Source: Macrostomum lignano
Lineage: Eukaryota
Length of the DNA stretch: 36,644 nucleotides
Assembly (NCBI GenBank): GCA_002269645.1
Contig: NIVC01002698.1
Location: forward strand, 1-36,644
Direction: 5' to 3'
Within the stretch, counting starts at the first letter, position 1. Each line of letters starts with the position of its first letter. Position numbers and translations under genes: made by a program. The notes below the pieces were generated by a model. That model worked only from the letters and a program-made list of their open reading frames with translations, made no database searches and was not told the origin of the DNA. This document shows, piece after piece, positions 20,185 to 31,489 of the stretch.

Positions 20185-22215
20185 TAAATCCCCAATCTTC
20201 CAGAATCCCCAATCTTCCAGAATCCCCAATCTTCCAGAATCCTCAATCTTCCAGAATCCCCAATCTTCCAGAATCCCCAATCTTCCAGAATCCCCAATCT
20301 TCCAGAATCCTCACTCAATCTTCCAGGATCCTCGATCTTCCAGAATCCCCAATCTTCCAGAATCCTCACTCAATCTTCCAGGATCCTCGATCTTCCAGAA
20401 TCCACAATCTTCCAGAATCCCCAATCTTCAAGAATCCCCAATCTTCAAGAATCGCCAATCTTCCAGAATCCCCAATCTTCCAGAATCCCCAATCTTCCAG
20501 AATCCCCAATCTTCCAGAATCCCCAATCTTCCAGAATCCTCAATCTTCCAGAATCCCCAATCTTCCAGAATCCCCAATCTTCCAGAATCCTCACTCAATC
20601 TTCCAGAATCCTCACTCAATCTTCCAGGATCCTCGATCTTCCAGAATCCACAATCTTCCAGAATCCCCAATCTTCAAGAATCCCCAATCTTCAAGAATCG
20701 CCAATCTTCCAGAATCCCCAATCTTCCAGAATCCCCAATCTTCCAGAATCCTCAATCTTCCAGAATCCCCAATCTTCCAGAATCCCCAATCTTCCAGAAT
20801 CCTCACTCAATCTTCCAGGATCCTCGATCTTCCAGAATCCCCAATCTTCCAGAATCCTCACTCAATCTTCCAGGATCCTCGATCTTCCAGAATCCACAAT
20901 CTTCCAGAATCCCCAATCTTCAAGAATCCCCAATCTTCAAGAATCGCCAATCTTCCAGAATCCCCAATCTTCCAGAATCCCCAATCTTCCAGAATCCCCA
21001 ATCTTCCAGAATCCCCAATCTTCCAGAATCCTCAATCTTCCAGAATCCCCAATCTTCCAGAATCCCCAATCTTCCAGAATCCTCACTCAATCTTCCAGAA
21101 TCCTCACTCAATCTTCCAGGATCCTCGATCTTCCAGAATCCACAATCTTCCAGAATCCCCAATCTTCAAGAATCCCCAATCTTCAAGAATCGCCAATCTT
21201 CCAGAATCCCCAATCTTCCAGAATCCCCAATCTTCCAGAATCCTCAATCTTCCAGAATCCCCAATCTTCCAGAATCCCCAATCTTCCAGAATCCTCACTC
21301 AATCTTCCAGGATCCTCGATCTTCCAGAATCCCCAATCTTCCAGAATCCTCACTCAATCTTCCAGGATCCTCGATCTTCCAGAATCCACAATCTTCCAGA
21401 ATCCCCAATCTTCAAGAATCCCCAATCTTCAAGAATCGCCAATCTTCCAGAATCCCCAATCTTCCAGAATCCCCAATCTTCCAGAATCCCCAATCTTCCA
21501 GAATCCCCAATCTTCCAGAATCCCCAATCTTCCAGAATCCCCAATCTTCCAGGATCCTCAATCTTCCAGAATCCCCAATCTTCCAGAATCCCCAATCTTC
21601 AAGAATCGCCAATCTTTAAGAATCGCCAATCTTCCAGGATCCTCGATCTTCCAGAATCCCCAATCTTCCAGAATCCCAGTCTTCAAGAATCCCCAATCTT
21701 CAAGAATCCCCAATCTTCCAGAATCCCCAATCTTCCAGAATCCCCAATCTTCCAAAATCCCCAATTTAAATCCCCAATCTTCCAGAATCCCCTATCTTCC
21801 AGAATCCCCAATCGTCCAGAATCTCTAATCTGCAAGAATCCCCAATCTTCCAGAATCCCCAATCTTCCAGAATCCCCAATCTTCCAGAATCCCCAATCTT
21901 CCAGAATCCCCAATCTTCCAGAATCCCCAATCTTCCAGAATTCCCAATCTTCCAAAATCCCCAATTTAAATCCCCAATCTTCCAGAATCCCTAAATTATT
22001 TCCCCAATCTTCCAGAATCCCCAATCCAGAATCTCCAATCTTCCAGAATCTCCAATCTTCCAGAATCCCCAAATTAATTCCCCAATCTTCCAGCATCCCC
22101 AAATTTTTTCCCCAATCTTCCAGCATCCCCAAATTTATTCCCCAATCTTCCAGCATCCCCAAATTTTTTCCCCAATCTTCCAGCATCCCCAAATTTATTC
22201 CCCAATCTTCCAGCA
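20185..22215 (+). repeat. Satellite-like array, 17-bp unit (AATCTTCCAGAATCCCC), >110 copies, with 246/492-bp higher-order repeat
   Basis: Direct tandem array. The variant marker TCCACAAT occurs at 20401, 20647, 20893, 21139 and 21385. Confidence 0.97.
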
Positions 22216-22834
22216 TTCTCTAATTAATCTTAAATCCAACTCACAAATTAATACAAGTTGAGCACAGCCAAGTCAAAAAGCCACAGCTCACCCCACCCTC
22301 CTCAGCTCGTGAGCATATGAAGACAGCTCATCCATCTCTTGCAGCCTGGCAGGTCAATTTCCACTCTCTAATGTCGAACAACTCAAAACTTCTCATAGAA
22401 ACTACAGTAGCCGTTCCCAGTCAGAAGTCAAGCAATTTCTATAATTTGGGAGATTTTCGTAAGACTGTGGGGAGATAAAGGAGCCGGTTGCTAATGGTGA
22501 GTCACTGGGGGAGGCTGGGCTGAGCAGATCGAGACTGAGAAGTGTCAATCACGCTGCGAGGTTTTCTCTGCCCCTCTCTCTGTCTTTGTTTGTGGGACCT
22601 CCTCTGGGCTTGATGCTTCCTCTTTTCCCTCCCATCTCAGCAGCCTCTCGGCCGAACTTTGGTTTCTATGGCTGGATGTGAGGGGGGGGGACGATTTTCC
22701 ACAACTATTGACTTCCCATCTGCCTCCGGGATTCTCTGAGAAATGGGGGGGGGCAGTTGCGACCGGTGACTTGGCTGACAAATAAAACGGCATGCGCAAT
22801 GCGTAAATGCTGGTCTCGAAAATTAATAGGTTTG

Positions 22835-23350
22835 ATATGATTTTAGCGCCATTTTAAGCATCTTAGCTGATTTTGGCGCCATTTTAAGCATCACAGATGA
22901 TTTTGGCGCCATTTTAAGCATCACAGTTGATTTTGGCGCCAGTTTAAACATCATAGATTCTTTTGGCGCCATTTTAAGTATCATAGCTAATTTTTGCGCC
23001 ATTTTAAGCATCTTAGCTGATTTTGGCGCCATTTTAAGCATCTTAGCTGATTTTGGCGCCATTTTAAGCATCATAGCTGATTTTTGCGCCAGTTTCAACA
23101 CATAGATTATTTTTGCACCATTTTAAGCATCTTAACTGATTTTGGCGCCATTTTAAGCATCACAGTTGATTTTGGCGCCATTTTAAGCACCATAGTTGAT
23201 TTTGGCGCCATTTTAAGCATCATAGATGATTTTGGCGCCATTTAAGCATCATAGATGATTTTGGCGCCATTTTAAGCATCATAGATTATTTTTGCGCCAT
23301 TTTAAGCATTTTAACTGATTTTGGCGCCATTTTAAGCCTTACGTTTGGAT
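22835..23350 (+). repeat. Minisatellite, 30-bp unit (TTTGGCGCCATTTTAAGCATCATAGATGAT), ~17 copies
   Basis: Direct tandem array. Confidence 0.95.
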
Positions 23351-24229
23351 TTTAGTACCATTTTTAGCGTCCTCTTCTCTTCTTTCAGTTCCTCCTTAGA
23401 ACCGAAAAATATGAATTTAATTCACTTTTGACACTTTTGACGCTAGAAACCCCGATCAAGCAGAGTGGGGGTTGCATGCGGAAATAGCTCCCCAGGTGTT
23501 AAATTTCTGCTCCCGCGACTCGCTGCTTCCGCCAGATTTTCTCCAGTTTGTGTGGCAGTAAATCTTCTTTTAACAGCCTGAGCGCCCGCTTCAACAGTTT
23601 AAATTGCTGAGAAGGAAGCGAGAGTTCTCGTGCGCACGAAGATCGTAAAGCACATTCTGCGGAGGATCGATTCGTTTTACGAGGAAAATCTTCTACTAGG
23701 AGAGATGCCTTCAATTTCTGGGGGCAGTGAGTAATGGCTTTGAGGAAGTCATCTAGTCAGTCAGTCTGTTCCTACTTGATTTCTGCTCTCCCAGATCAGG
23801 GCCCTTTTTCTTATTATCAGAGATTTCCTAAGCCGAAGCATAACGAGAGTCTGCCACTGAGCGAGTCAATTTTGTAATTAAAATGCTCTCAGCATTGCCG
23901 TTGTATTGAGTACCAACAAGTGGAGCGCCACTTGAGAGATGAGCTGGGAACAAAATGAGAGACAGAAAGACAGACAGACAGACTAAAGCAATCTGCTGTG
24001 AAACAAAAACACACAAATGATTTGGGCGTGTTTGTTTTAACTGATCCTGTTGACAGACCCGACCCGCTCTCTTTGTCGCAAAGAGGCGAAGGGAGACGGC
24101 GCGTCAGTGCGCGACTGTGTGAGAGAGGAGGTTGAAAGAGGAGCTAGTAGCTGGTGATGCTATTGAAATATGGTTGCGGCAGGGGGAGGTGGATGTGAGA
24201 GGGTGAGAAGGCGAGAAGGAGAGGACGAA

Positions 24230-24715
24230 AGGGAGAGAAGGAGAGAGAGGAGAGGGAGTGAAGGAGAGAGGGGAGAGGGAGAGAAGGAGAGGGAGTGAAG
24301 GAGAGGGAGAGAAGGAGAGAGAGGAGAGGGAGAGAAGGAGAGAGAGGAGAGGGAGTGAAGGAGAGGGAGAGAAGGAGAGAGAGGAGAGGGAGTGAAGGGA
24401 GGGAGAGAAGGAGAGAGAGGAGAGGGAGTGAAGGATAGGGAGGAGAGGGAGTGAAGGAGAGGGGGAGAAGGAGAGAGAGTGAAAGAGAAGGAGGAGAGGG
24501 AGTGAAGGAGAGGGAGAGAAGGAGAAAGAGGAGAGGGAGTGAAGGAGAGGGAGAGAAGGAGAGAGAGGAGAGGGAGTGAAGGAGAGGGAGAGAAGGAGAG
24601 ACAGGAGAGGGAGTGAAGGAGAGGGAGAGAAGGAGAGAGAGGAGAGGGAGTGAAGGAGAGAAGGAGAGGGAGAGAAGGAGAGGGAGAGTAGAGCGTGGGA
24701 GAGTAGAGCGTGGGA
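24230..24715 (+). repeat. GA-rich polypurine compound repeat (GGAGAGGGAGTGAA / GGAGAGGGAGAGAA / GGAGAGAG)
   Basis: Almost pure purine tract with short recurring units. Confidence 0.9.
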
Positions 24716-25385
24716 GATGTAGACAGCGAGCTCTCTAGCGGCCCAGCAGCCGGGCGCCTCGCAGGCCCCCTGATCAGGCAGTCGATGAGAAGGCAGTCGA
24801 GTGAGCAGGGTGCGCAGCAGTCAAACACGCAAACTGACACAAACCCAAAGAAAGTTGAGCATCCAGCAGCCCCAGTTGGCGGGGCTTCATCCCATGCGGC
24901 TCAGCTCCACCGCCGCCAATATTTGCGCAGAGGTAATTGCGTCAGTATTTGCTCAGGATGTCTGCCGCTGACTGACTGACAGGGGCAATGCCAAGTTTCC
25001 CTGCTCCCCCTCTCTCTGCTCAGCTCTGGGTCTGGTTTCCTTCTTCCTCTATTTCTTTTCTAGGCTCCTAACATGCCATCCTTTGCTCAGTTGCTTTGGG
25101 GCTGCCGAGCAGGAAATTTACCCCCCCCCCCTAGAAATTCTTTACCCAATCTGCTCAGCCACGCAGTTCTGCCAGCTTGTCCCGTCTCTCTGCTCATTAA
25201 AAGCAGCAAGAGAAATTAAGTAGTAAGCGGAAACTCTGCGGCAACAAGTTTTGCTATATTTCTGTTGCTGGATCTCTGCTTTCTCAGCTGCCTTTTTCTG
25301 GTGAATAATTATTTTTTGACGGGGTCAAATTTGGAGTTCGAATGCGGTTAGTGAGAACTCTTCGGGCATTCTGAGCTGCTGACTA

Positions 25386-26570
25386 GATTAGCAATCCACT
25401 CTGGACTCCACAATTCCCCGTGATTGGCTAGATTAGCAATCCACTCTGGACTCCATAGTTCCCCATGATTGGCTAGATTAGCAATCCACTCTGGACTCCA
25501 TAGTTCCCCATGATTGGCTAGATTAGCAATCCACTCTGGACTCCACAATTCCCCATGATTGGCTAGATTAGCAATCCACTCTGGACTCCACAATTCCCCG
25601 TGATTGGCTAGATTAGCAATCCACTCTGGACTCCACAATTCCCCGTGATTGGCTAGATTAGCAATCCACTCTGGACTCCACAATTCCCCGTGATTGGTTA
25701 GATTAGCAATCCATTCTGGACTCCATAATTCCCCATGATTGGCTAGATTAGCAATCCCCTCTGGACTCCATAATTCCCCGTGATTGGCTAGATTAGCAAT
25801 CCACTCTGGACTCCACAATTCCCCGTGATTGGCTAGATTAGCAATCCATTCTGGACTCCATAATTCCCCATGATTGGCTAGATTAGCAATCCACTCTGGA
25901 CTCCATAGTTCACCATGATTGGCTAGATTAGCAATCCACTCTGGACTCCACAATTCCCCATGATTGGCTAGATTAGCAATCCACTCTGGACTCCACAATT
26001 CCCCGTGATTGGCTAGATTAGCAATCCACTCTAGACTCCACAATTCCCCATGATTGGCTAGATTAGCAATCCATTCTGGACTCCACAATTCCCCATGATT
26101 GGCTAGATTAGCAATCCACTCTGGACTCCATAGTTCCCCATGATTGGCTAGATTAGCAATCCACTCTAGACTCCACAATTCCCCATGATTGGCTAGATTA
26201 GCAATCCACTCTGGACTCCACAATTCCCCATGATTAGCTAGATTAGCAATCCACTCTGGACTCCACAATTCCCCATGATTGGCTAGATTAGCAATCCATT
26301 CTGGACTCCACAATTCCCCATGATTGGCTAGATTAGCAATCCACTCTGGACTCCATAGTTCCCCATGATTGGCTAGATTAGCAATCCACTCTGGACTCCA
26401 CAATTCCCCATGATTGGCTGGATTAGCAATCCACTCTGGACTCCATAATTCCCCATGATTGGCTAGATTAGCAATCCACTCTGGACTCCACAATTCCCCA
26501 TGATTGGCTAGATTAGCAATCCACTCTGGACTCCACAATTCCCCATGATTGGCTAGATTAGCAATCCATT
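25386..26570 (+). repeat. Minisatellite, 45-bp unit (GATTAGCAATCCACTCTGGACTCCACAATTCCCCATGATTGGCTA), 26 full copies plus a partial
   Basis: Indel-free tandem array in strict 45-bp phase from 25386. Confidence 0.97.
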
Positions 26571-27294
26571 TTGAACTCAGTCAGTTTAGACAACCGCTTA
26601 GGTTTTTTATCAACTTTTTCTTGGCACAGCTCTTTCATATTAGGTTGCTGCTTCAGCTAAAAGAAGTTTCAAACGAACTGGAGAGTGAACGGGGTCCTTC
26701 GGCCTACCAAGTGATTATTTAAAAATCTTTCACTCCTATCTCTGCCTTTTACCTATAAGCCTTCGCATGGCTAGCAATGGTTATAGAATACAATGGGAAA
26801 GGACTGAAGAGCCTTATAAAGTGGACTCAGGCCATGTAACTGACACTCTGCAGTACAATGGAAGAAGTGGCTAAGCAAGAAGTATAGAGAGAGAGAAAGC
26901 GGAAGAAACGCGTAGTGTTGTGAGCGCCGTGAGAGCTGGGGGAGCTTGAGCAGAATATTGAGAATATTGCCACTCTTAACACCTTTGCCACTTGAGTCTA
27001 AGGAATTTGATGAGTGCCATCAGTTAGGCTGTATGCAGTGCAGCATTCACTGAATTACAGCGTGAGCCGAGTGGGGTCAGCTGACTGAGAAATGCGGTTG
27101 CACAATTTGCACTGTGGGCCTCGAGTGAGACAAATTCTGTTTTATTGCAGTCCACTTGTGGGTGGCAATGTCCTTCTCAGTGTCACTCCAATCATCTCTG
27201 CGCTTCTTCATCCTGACTGCTTTGTCGCGTCGCTGCGGTCATGTACAGCGCCTGGGCTCCCAGGGTTCGAGGTGCTGCTCTGTCTCACCGTTCA

Positions 27295-27580
27295 TCTCTC
27301 TACTTCTCCCTGTCTACTTCTCACTCTCTGCTTCTCTCTCCTTAATTTATCCGTCTCTACTTCTTCCTCCCTACATCTCCGTCTCTACTTCTCCCTCCCT
27401 ACTTCTCACTCCCCTACTTCATCTCTCTCTACTTCTCTCTCTCTACTCTCCCTCTCTACATCTCCCTCTCTACATCTCCCTCTCTACATCTCTCTCTCTA
27501 CATCTGCCTCTCTACTTCTCCCTCCCTACTTCTCACTCACTCCTTTTCTATTTCTCACTCTGCTTTTCTACTTCTCTAGC
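27295..27580 (+). repeat. CT-rich degenerate repeat (CTCTACTT / CTCTACAT / CTCCCT)
   Basis: Pyrimidine-rich low-complexity tract. Confidence 0.85.
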
Positions 27581-28179
27581 AAGCAGCCAGAAAATACACC
27601 GAGAGAGCGAAACAGAAGAGCCCATCAGAGAGCAGACAGCAGGCGGTAGCTGCTTCTTTTAGTTTGATCAGCTTGTACCGCCCAGTCTCCCAGCGCCACC
27701 TCTCCACATTCACACCCTGTATGTGCGCACACTCATAAGCCTTTGATGCCAGAGCGTTAGAGAATGTCGACTGTTCTGTTAATGCGATTCCTACCCGTGC
27801 CTTCGCTAGATCACTTTCCTCCCCGTCCCCAGCCAGCCTCGCGCTTCGGTAAATTTGGCTTCGGGCGAAACTTGGAATCTCATTCCTCAATTCTTGGCCG
27901 CAGTGCCACTTCACGCGCGTTTCACCAAACTGGACGATACAGCCATGGCTCTGCAACTGTAGTAGGGAGGCTTTTTTGTGCGCGTGCTGCTTTGAGGTTT
28001 TTGATCTCATCTGTAATCCGCCACACTCGGATTACAGACGACAGCGACGCTCGGTGTGAGCAGCAGCCGCGAGCCTTCAGGGCAGATTGCGGCCTGGTAA
28101 TGGAGTGAGCGGTGGCGCTTCTCTTTTAGAGGAGTGGGGGATGGAATGTAAGGTGGGAAGGGGGAAAAGGATGAGAGGG

Positions 28180-29270
28180 TGAGAGGGATGAGAGGGGAGA
28201 CAGATAGGGCGAGATAGGGTCGAGAGGGAGAGAGATGGGTTGATATTGAGAGGTAAAGAAGTAATAATGAGATAGGATGAGAGGGAGAAAAATAGGGTGA
28301 GAGGGAGAGGAGATTGGGGGAAAGGGGAAGAGAGGAAGAGATTGGGGGAGAGGGAGAGAGATTGGGTGAGAGGGAGAGAGATAGGGTGAGAGGGAGAGAG
28401 ATAGGGTGAGAGGGAGAGAGATAGGGTGAGAGGGAGAGAGATTGGGTGAGAGGGAGAGAGATTGGGTGAGAGGGAGAGAGATTGGGTGAGAGGGAGAGAG
28501 ATAGGGTGAGAGGGAGAGAGATTGGGTGAGAGGGAGAGAGATTGGGTGAGAGGGAGAGAGATTGGGTGAGAGGGAGAGAGATAGGGTGAGAGGGAGAGAG
28601 ATTGGGTGAGAGGGAGAGAGATTGGGTGAGAGGGAGAGAGATTGGGTGAGAGGGAGAGAGATTGGGTGAGAGGGAGAAAAATAGGGTGAGAGGGAGAGAG
28701 ATTGGGGAAAGGGGAAGAGAGGAAGAGATGGGGGAGAGGGAGAGAGATTGGGTGAGAGGGAGAGAGATTGGGTGAGAGGGAGAGAGATTGGGTGAGAGGG
28801 AGAGAGATTGGGTGAGAGGGAGAGAGATTGGGTGAGAGGGAGAGAGATTGGGTGAGAGGGAGAGAGATTGGGTGAGAGGGAGAGAGATTGGGTGAGAGGG
28901 AGAGAGATTGGGTGAGAGGGAGAGAGATTGGGTGAGAGGGAGAGAGATTGGGTGAGAGGGAGAGAGATAGGGTGAGAGGGAGAGAGATTGGGTGAGAGGG
29001 AGAGAGATTGGGTGAGAGGGAGAGAGATTGGGTGAGAGGGAGAGAGATTGGGTGAGAGGGAGAGAGATTGGGTGAGAGGGAGAGAGATTGGGTGAGAGGG
29101 AGAGAGATTGGGTGAGAGGGAGAGAGATTGGGTGAGAGGGAGAGAGATTGGGTGAGAGGGAGAGAGATTGGGTGAGAGGGAGAGAGATTGGGTGAGAGGG
29201 AGAGAGATTGGGTGAGAGGGAGAGAGATTGGGTGAGAGGGAGAGAGATTGGGTGAGAGGGAGAGAGGTTG
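28180..29270 (+). repeat. Purine-rich minisatellite, 20-bp unit (GGGTGAGAGGGAGAGAGATT), ~47 copies plus degenerate edge
   Basis: Direct tandem array. Confidence 0.96.
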
Positions 29271-29921
29271 AGCAAGACATGAGACTATGAGATAGCTCAA
29301 TTTCCGACACAAGCCTTTTGTTCATTTTTCAAATGCATTGGTAAAAACAAATCATTTTTATACAAGAACAAAACATTCAATATTAATTATTTTTCAACTC
29401 AACTAAACCGCAGCAGACATTGTTAGGATCTGTGCTCTCAAATCTGAAAAAAATCACAAAAATTAGCTATGCTTGCTTTTGGAGTTTGCAAGTGTGCAGC
29501 TGCATGCTGCGGTCGCTTCTTCTTCTTAGTAAAGTAAACCGCCCGTATCGATGCTGCTTGCTCAAGCAGACAATTGAGCAGCTGCGGAAGCTCAGAGCTA
29601 CAAGCAGTACTTGCCGCGGTACCTACAAAAATTACAGGAATGCGAAATTTAATCTGCGTTGTTCAAACATGGTGCATATAAACATTGGCTGGTGTGTTTG
29701 CTGTGTGCTCTACCGTCTGTGCACAGGAATGCATACAGTAGTTCAGATGTGAACAGACACAGGCAAACCAATACTGGGACAGGTAAAATCTATAAGTAAA
29801 AGACAGGCCCTAAACACTGACAGACAGGAATCAAGAGACAAGACATCTTAACAGACGGAATCAGACGGACAGACAAATAGACACAGAAAGACACTAAATA
29901 TCAGTCGCAAAGATACTAAGA

Positions 29922-29942
29922 CAGGCAGGCAGGCAGACAGGC

Positions 29943-29983
<41 letters not shown>

Positions 29984-30018
29984 TGCAGACAGACAGACAG
30001 ACAGACAGACAGACATGA

Positions 30019-30067
<49 letters not shown>

Positions 30068-30070
30068 TGA

Positions 30071-30111
<41 letters not shown>

Positions 30112-30130
30112 GGCAGGCAGGCAGGCAGGC

Positions 30131-30175
<45 letters not shown>

Positions 30176-30326
30176 GGCAGACAGACAGGCAGGCAGGCAG
30201 GCAGACAGACAGGCAGACAGACAGACAGGCAGACAGACAGACAGACAGGCAGGCAGACAGACAGACAGACAGACAGATAGACAGACAGACAGACATGCAG
30301 ACAGACAGACAGACAGACAGACATGA

Positions 30327-30375
<49 letters not shown>

Positions 30376-30560
30376 TGAAGACAGACAGACAGACAGACAG
30401 ACAGGCAGACAGACAGACAGACAGGCAGGCAGACAGACAGACAGACAGACAGATAGACAGACAGACAGACAGACACACAGGCAGACAAAGACAGGCAGAC
30501 AAAGACAGGCAGACAAAACAAGCAGACAAAACAGGCAGACAAACACAGGCAGACAAAGAC
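29922..30560 (+). repeat. (GACA)n compound microsatellite with GGCA and CATGAA interruptions
   Basis: Direct tetranucleotide run. Confidence 0.96.
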
Positions 30561-31489
30561 AGGCACTAAAAGACAAACGCAAGAAAACACAGACACAATA
30601 GTGTATTGCGCTGGCTAAAATTCAACTATTAGACACGTGCCAGTTTTCCACTATCCGCAAACTATAGACTTCTTTAGGTTTTGCAGCTCTCATTGACTTG
30701 CTAATGGAACTGACTTAATGCGCAACACAGCACAGCGACAGCAGCAATCTCTAAGTAGAAAAATCAGAGGTGGGGCCAAGCAAAAGGCGAAAGCAATTCT
30801 GGTTACACAGTGCGGAAGTGTTGCGACAGGGGGGTGGAAGCAAGACCAAGATATAGCTGAAAATGGAGAAGGATTGCCAGGGAGTGTTGGGGCCGGTTTT
30901 GAGAAATTTGAAACTTTCCCAGAGACCTGAGAGCGTCCTGGGCTGGGGGGTCCCTGACTGCGTGTTGGGCCAATTTGTTTATAATACAAGCCTTGCTCAG
31001 CAAAAATTTAATAGGCAACTAAAAATAAGCGTAAGCGTTGGGAGTCTCGTTACTCGAATCGAAATTAGCTTACACTTTCTCGAGTAATCGGACACCTCAA
31101 GTGCTTTTGGCCTCTCAGCCCTTCTCCCACAGCCCCCAGTCCCAAACTAACTATAGGCTCACTTGCAACTGGGACAGACAAAATTATCATTTATTGCTTT
31201 TTCGTTTCAGAAAAAAGCCCCATTAACTCTGCATTGCTGATTGCAGAGAATTTTTCCCTGACTGATGACGAACCAGCGGGTGCTGACGGATCAATAAATC
31301 TTCCGTAGTTGCGTCACAGTTTCACACTCGGTGGTTCTTCATCCGGCATACAGCTTCCAGGGTAGGCAGATGGAATAATTGATAACTATTATGTTTTTGG
31401 AATTAAACCTGGGCTTCGTTTCTTCTTGTGGATGCAATGGGAGTTCCAGGCCGTCATCATAAATCACTGCTGACTGTGTGAGACTGGAT

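Noticed and set aside
10340-25134. Poly-C runs followed by CTAG/CTAA (10340, 18935, 18951, 25121)
   Set aside because: Four short instances (two from a local duplication) with no shared flanks, so not enough for a family.
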